A stretch of 64,000 nucleotides of DNA, taken from the IMG/VR virus record IMGVR_UViG_3300043119_000443, one strand, 5' to 3'. The notes beneath the pieces are model-generated. The model did not search any database. It was given only the letters and a program-made list of their open reading frames with translations, and was not told where the DNA came from. Positions 63,220 through 64,000 of the stretch are shown piece after piece (positions within the stretch are counted from its first letter, which is position 1; every line of letters starts with the position of its first letter). The stretch is from a virus (Duplodnaviria; Heunggongvirae; Uroviricota; Caudoviricetes). A program made the position numbers and the translations under genes.

Positions 63220-64000
63220 TCATGCCGCCACACGCGCCTTGGGAGCGTCCACAAGCCGGTCGCTCTCGACGATGACCAGCGCCGACTTGGCGCGCGTCAC
63301 AGCGACGTAACACAGGTTGCGTTCCTGCTGCTGCTGCCACGGTTGCGTGGCCCATTTGGACGGGCACAGGGAGCGGTCCAGCCAGAAGACGCGGTCAGCC
63401 TCCAGACCCTTCGCCTTGTGGATCGTGCAAAGCGTGGTCGCGTTGCGCACGTCTTCAAACAGCGTCCGGATGATGTCCAGAAGCGCCGGGATGGTCCGCG
63501 CGTTTTCGTCCAGCGAGTCGATCAGGCAAAGGATCGCGTCCACCTTGTCGGCGACTGCCGCCGCCTTGGCCGGTTGCTTCGCAGCGGTCGCTTTCTCGAC
63601 CTCACGGTCGCGGAACGCCGAAAGCTTTTCGACCAGCCGGTCGATGCCTTTCGCGCGCTGCTTTTCGATCAGCTTCACCAGACCCTCGCCGATCTCTTTT
63701 CCGAGAATGCGGACCGGCTTGCGCGCCTTCAGCATTTTGTAGCCGAGGGCGATCAGGGGCTTGGTATTGCGGCAGACGACAAGGTCAGCCGGGGCGAGCA
63801 TGTCCAGCGACCAGTCCGCCATAGTGTCAACCGTGCCTTCCGGGGCCGTGGACGCGGGCAGGATGTGGCCGACCCACTGGCGCGCGTAGTTCACCACGGA
63901 TTGCGCACAGCGATAGGACACGCTCAGGGGGAGCGTGGACGCGTTGAATTCCGAGGCGATCATGCCGAGGCTTTCCGAGTCCGCGCCGCGAAAGCCATAG
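63220..64000 (-). CDS. UvrD/Rep-like SF1 helicase, C-terminal part (5' end outside window)
   Basis: Motif VI YVAVTRAK, TIHKAKGLE; translation upstream of first Met continues open to window edge with YGFRGAD (UvrD motif III). Confidence 0.65.
   Translation of the reverse strand, partial: YGFRGADSESLGMIASEFNASTLPLSVSYRCAQSVVNYARQWVGHILPASTAPEGTVDTMADWSLDMLAPADLVVCRNTKPLIALGYKMLKARKPVRILGKEIGEGLVKLIEKQRAKGIDRLVEKLSAFRDREVEKATAAKQPAKAAAVADKVDAILCLIDSLDENARTIPALLDIIRTLFEDVRNATTLCTIHKAKGLEADRVFWLDRSLCPSKWATQPWQQQQERNLCYVAVTRAKSALVIVESDRLVDAPKARVAA

Noticed and set aside
1-64000. tRNA and other ncRNA genes
   Set aside because: Could not be assessed reliably by eye. Nothing reported rather than guessing; tRNAscan-SE or Infernal would settle it

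Overview
This window looks like a high-GC (~60-65%) tailed-phage genome segment, probably a virulent siphovirus of an alphaproteobacterial host (no integrase or repressor found). Layout: 1-11.4 kb is a plus-strand early/accessory block of tightly overlapping small genes (HNH nuclease, SPFH protein, two GT9-like glycosyltransferases, a SAM methyltransferase, ThyX). 11.4-34.5 kb is the packaging and structural module: putative TerS, TerL, portal, GH108 lysin, scaffold, capsid, adaptor, tail genes, tape measure, then RcGTA-like DUF2460, DUF2163/BR0599 and g15-like distal-tail and fibre genes. 34.5-36.1 kb holds an EndoVII-like nuclease on the opposite strand and a holin/overlapping-spanin cassette. 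37.9-51.1 kb is a minus-strand replication and nucleotide-metabolism block (class II RNR, VRR-NUC, dNMP kinase, SNF2 helicase, 5'-deoxynucleotidase, family A DNA polymerase, GapR-like protein, MazG, SSB-like protein, DUF2800 nuclease). 51.2-61.1 kb is plus strand: primase-helicase, a 1438-aa repeat-rich fibre-like giant protein and two tandem paralogous glycine-rich proteins. 61.2-62.0 kb is an HslV-like peptidase operon, 62.2-62.6 kb an AT-rich repeat/TTAA-box region, and a partial UvrD-like helicase sits at the right edge. The most notable observations are recurrent TTAACCAT (CtrA half-site-like) motifs at late-gene starts plus a clustered TTAA-box region; a candidate glycosylation/methylation toolkit (three GT-like genes plus a methyltransferase) co-occurring with repeat-rich fibre proteins; the HslV-like protease; and a candidate programmed frameshift just before the tape measure gene. 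Protein family calls rest on motifs recognised by eye in the translations, not on database searches.
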